A stretch of 64,000 nucleotides of DNA. Source: Acidobacteria bacterium SCN 69-37 (GTDB lineage Bacteria > Acidobacteriota > Vicinamibacteria > Vicinamibacterales > SCN-69-37). The notes below the pieces were generated by a model that saw nothing but the letters and a program-made list of their open reading frames with translations, did not search any database and was not told the origin of the DNA. This document shows, piece after piece, positions 61,363-64,000 of the stretch (the first letter of the stretch is position 1; the number at the start of each line of letters is the position of its first letter). Both the position numbers and the translations under genes were made by a program. The DNA is taken from positions 94,359-158,358 of the forward strand of contig MEDJ01000019.1 in NCBI GenBank assembly GCA_001724025.1, written 5' to 3'.

Positions 61363-64000
61363 ATGTCCGACTGGAAAGACACACTCAACCTCCCCCGCAC
61401 CGACTTCCCCATGAAGGCGAACCTTCCGGCTGCCGAGCCGGTGGCCATCCGCCAGTGGGAGGCCCTCGACCTCTATCGGCGCATCCGCGAAGCCCGGCAG
61501 GGCCGCCCGAAGTTCGTCCTGCACGACGGCCCCCCCTACGCCAACGGACAGATTCACATCGGTCACGCGCTGAACAAGGTCCTGAAGGACATCATCGTGA
61601 AGTCGCGGACGATGGGCGGGTACGACGCGCCGTACGTCCCGGGGTGGGACTGCCACGGCCTGCCGATCGAGCTCAACGTCGAGAAGGAACTGGGCCCGGC
61701 GGCCAAGGATCAGTCCCCGGTCGAGTTCCGCCGCGCCTGCCGGGCGTATGCCGGACGTTTCGTCGACTCGCAGCGCGAGGACTTCAAACGCCTCGGCATC
61801 GTGGGCGACTGGGCGGATCCGTACCTGACGATGACGCCGGCCTACCAGGCGCAGATCGTGCGCGCCCTGGCGCGGTTCGTCAGCCGCGGCCTGGTCTACA
61901 AGGGCAAGAAACCCGTGCACTGGTGCCTGCGCGACAGGACGGCCCTGGCCGAAGCCGAGGTCGAATACGACACGCACCGCTCGCCGTCGATCTACGTCGA
62001 GTTCGACCTGACGGCCGAGGCCACGGCGCAACTGGCCAGCCGCGTGCCGGCCCTTGCTGGCCGTGCGCTCTCCGTTCTCATCTGGACGACGACCCCGTGG
62101 ACGATCCCGGCCAACCTGGGCATCGCGTTCCACCCGGACTTCACCTACGCGGGCTACGACATCGACGGTCGCATCGTCATCATCGCCGAGCGCATGGCCG
62201 AGAGCGTCTCGGCGGGCACGGGCCGGACGTTCGCCGCGCCGATCGCGTCGTTCCCGGGCACGACGCTCGAGCACCTGACGTTCAAGCACCCGCTGTACGA
62301 CAGGACGTCGCTCGGGGTCCTGGCGCCGTACGTGACGCTCGAGCAGGGCACGGGCGCGGTACACACGGCGCCCGGACACGGCGCCGAGGACTTCGTGACC
62401 GGCGTGAAATACGGGCTCGACGTGTACGCGCCCATCGGCAGGGACGGTCGTTTCCTGTCCGATGTCGGCATCGTCGCGGGCCTGAAGATCTTCGACGCCA
62501 ATCCGGTCGTGCAGGCTGCGCTGGCCGAGCGCGGCCGTCTGTTCGCGCACGGCGAGGTCGAACACTCCTATCCTCACTGCTGGCGCTGCCATCAGCCGGT
62601 CATCTTCATGGCCACGCCGCAGTGGTTCATCAGCATGGACGGTCTGCGCGAGAGCGCCCTGAGCGAGAGCAACGGCGTCCAGTGGCACCCGGACTGGGGC
62701 CGCGAGCGCATGACGGGCATGTTCGTGAACCGGCCCGACTGGTGCATTTCCCGCCAGCGCGCCTGGGGCGTCCCGATCCCGGCCGTCGCGTGTACGGGGT
62801 GCGGACACTCGATGCTGACGCCGGCCATCCTCGATCGCACCGCCGCGGTCTTCGAGGCGTCGTCGGCCGACGCGTGGTACGAAGCGCCGCTCGACGCTTT
62901 CGTTCCCGAGGGTCTCCGCTGCGAGTCGTGCGGCGGTACGACGTTCGAGCGTGAGCGCGACATCCTCGACGTGTGGTTCGACTCGGGCTGCAGCCACGAA
63001 GCCGTGCTGGCGAAGCGGCCGGCGCTGCAGTGGCCCGCGGACCTGTACCTCGAGGGCACCGATCAGTACCGTGGCTGGTTCCAGTCGTCGATGCTGGTCG
63101 CGCTCGGGACGCGCGACAAGGCGCCCTACCACGCGGTGCTCACGCACGGCTTCGTCGTCGACGAGCGTGGCCGGAAAATGTCGAAGTCGCTCGGCAACAC
63201 GGTCGTGCCCCAGCAGGTCATCCAGGAGCACGGCGCCGAGGTCCTGCGCCTTTGGGTCTCGATGGTCGACTACCGCGACGAAGTACGGCTCGGCAAGGCC
63301 GTCCTCGCGCGCACGGTCGAGGCGTATCGCAAGATGCGCAACACCTTCCGGTACCTCCTGTCGAACCTGTACGACTTCGATCCCGCACGCGACATGGTTG
63401 CGCCGGCGGATCTGATCGAGGTCGACCGCTTCGCGCTCTCGCGGCTCGCGGGCCTGGCACGGGACGTCGAACAGGCGTATCTCGCGTACGACTTCCAGAG
63501 CATCTTCCACGCGGTCAACGAGTTCGTCACCGTCGACGTGAGCGCGTTCCACGCCGACGTGTCCAAGGATCGGCTGTACACTCTGCGCGCCGACTCGCCC
63601 GAACGGCGGTCGGCCCAGACCGCGTGCTACGTCATCGCCGACACGCTGGCGCGGCTCCTCGCCCCAATCCTCTCGGTGACGGCCGACGACGTCTGGCGGG
63701 CGCTGCCGGGCAGCCGGGAACCGTCGGTGCACCTCGCGCTGTTCCCCGCCGATCTGGATCGCTGGATCGACACGGCCCTGGAAGAGCGGTGGCGCCAGTT
63801 GCGGGCGATTCGCGATGTCGTCAACCAGGCGCTCGAAGGCGCTCGACAGCGCAAGGAGATCGGCAGCGCCCTGGCCGCGCACGTCACGGTGCGCGCCTCC
63901 GGTGATCGCGCGGCCCTGCTCGATCAGTACCGGGCTGATCTGCCGATGCTCTTCATCACGTCCGGCGTGACCCTTGAATCCTCGACCGGCGACCTCGAGG
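61363..64000 (+). CDS. ileS: Isoleucyl-tRNA synthetase (3' end beyond the window)
   Basis: Translated by hand: [21 protein letters not shown]...[16 protein letters not shown] (HIGH motif) and [10 protein letters not shown] near 63170. It is absent from the ORF track because it has no stop in the window. Confidence 0.95.
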   Translation, partial: MSDWKDTLNLPRTDFPMKANLPAAEPVAIRQWEALDLYRRIREARQGRPKFVLHDGPPYANGQIHIGHALNKVLKDIIVKSRTMGGYDAPYVPGWDCHGLPIELNVEKELGPAAKDQSPVEFRRACRAYAGRFVDSQREDFKRLGIVGDWADPYLTMTPAYQAQIVRALARFVSRGLVYKGKKPVHWCLRDRTALAEAEVEYDTHRSPSIYVEFDLTAEATAQLASRVPALAGRALSVLIWTTTPWTIPANLGIAFHPDFTYAGYDIDGRIVIIAERMAESVSAGTGRTFAAPIASFPGTTLEHLTFKHPLYDRTSLGVLAPYVTLEQGTGAVHTAPGHGAEDFVTGVKYGLDVYAPIGRDGRFLSDVGIVAGLKIFDANPVVQAALAERGRLFAHGEVEHSYPHCWRCHQPVIFMATPQWFISMDGLRESALSESNGVQWHPDWGRERMTGMFVNRPDWCISRQRAWGVPIPAVACTGCGHSMLTPAILDRTAAVFEASSADAWYEAPLDAFVPEGLRCESCGGTTFERERDILDVWFDSGCSHEAVLAKRPALQWPADLYLEGTDQYRGWFQSSMLVALGTRDKAPYHAVLTHGFVVDERGRKMSKSLGNTVVPQQVIQEHGAEVLRLWVSMVDYRDEVRLGKAVLARTVEAYRKMRNTFRYLLSNLYDFDPARDMVAPADLIEVDRFALSRLAGLARDVEQAYLAYDFQSIFHAVNEFVTVDVSAFHADVSKDRLYTLRADSPERRSAQTACYVIADTLARLLAPILSVTADDVWRALPGSREPSVHLALFPADLDRWIDTALEERWRQLRAIRDVVNQALEGARQRKEIGSALAAHVTVRASGDRAALLDQYRADLPMLFITSGVTLESSTGDLE

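Noticed and set aside
61015-63882. 955-aa minus-strand ORF and the 727-aa plus-strand ORF 60771-62954
   Set aside because: Both overlap the ileS frame. That frame contains HIGH and KMSKS and is missing from the ORF track only because it runs off the window. Both alternatives are Arg/Gly/Pro-rich artefacts.

Overview
High-G+C bacterial chromosomal segment; I cannot assign a taxon from sequence alone. About 50.4 kb on the left looks accessory and about 13.5 kb on the right looks like core genome. The boundary is a tRNA-Ala(GGC) gene at 50403-50478.

From left to right:
1. Arsenic cluster on the minus strand: arsR-arsD-arsA-acr3, preceded by arsM and an ECF sigma factor. A divergent small Cys-pair-rich ORF sits next to it.
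2. A BrnT/BrnA toxin-antitoxin pair.
3. A defence island, entirely on the minus strand. It contains a 613-aa orphan with a PD-(D/E)xK-like motif and a three-gene ubiquitin-like cassette (multiubiquitin-type Ubl, E2-like/ThiF E1 fusion, DUF6527). It also contains a 15.8-kb uninterrupted gene train: Gp49/HigB-like toxin, double-HTH XRE, ImmA/IrrE peptidase, DUF1883-like, NurA, HerA, Mre11/SbcD, Rad50/SbcC and a complete Wadjet jetABCD. The Ubl cassette and the long train are each preceded by a copy of the same ~46-nt promoter/operator element.
4. A ~23-kb conjugative element. It carries a VirB/Trb-type T4SS, VirD4 coupling protein, VirB11 ATPase, RepB-like primase, DUF932, RadC and two SpoVG-like genes. 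It ends in a large serine recombinase whose ORF terminates inside the tRNA-Ala gene. I recognised no canonical relaxase.
5. Housekeeping genes: csp, HAD, PHP, a Fur-ferritin-like fusion, iscA, pgi-like, thiD, moaE, moaD, prfA, prmC, HIT, and ileS, which runs off the window.

The best candidates for an undescribed system are the composite ImmA/XRE - NurA/HerA/Mre11/Rad50 - Wadjet train and the co-regulated Ubl/E2-E1/DUF6527 cassette, which lacks a JAB gene. All family assignments come from reading the translated ORFs and recalling family motifs. No database search was run.
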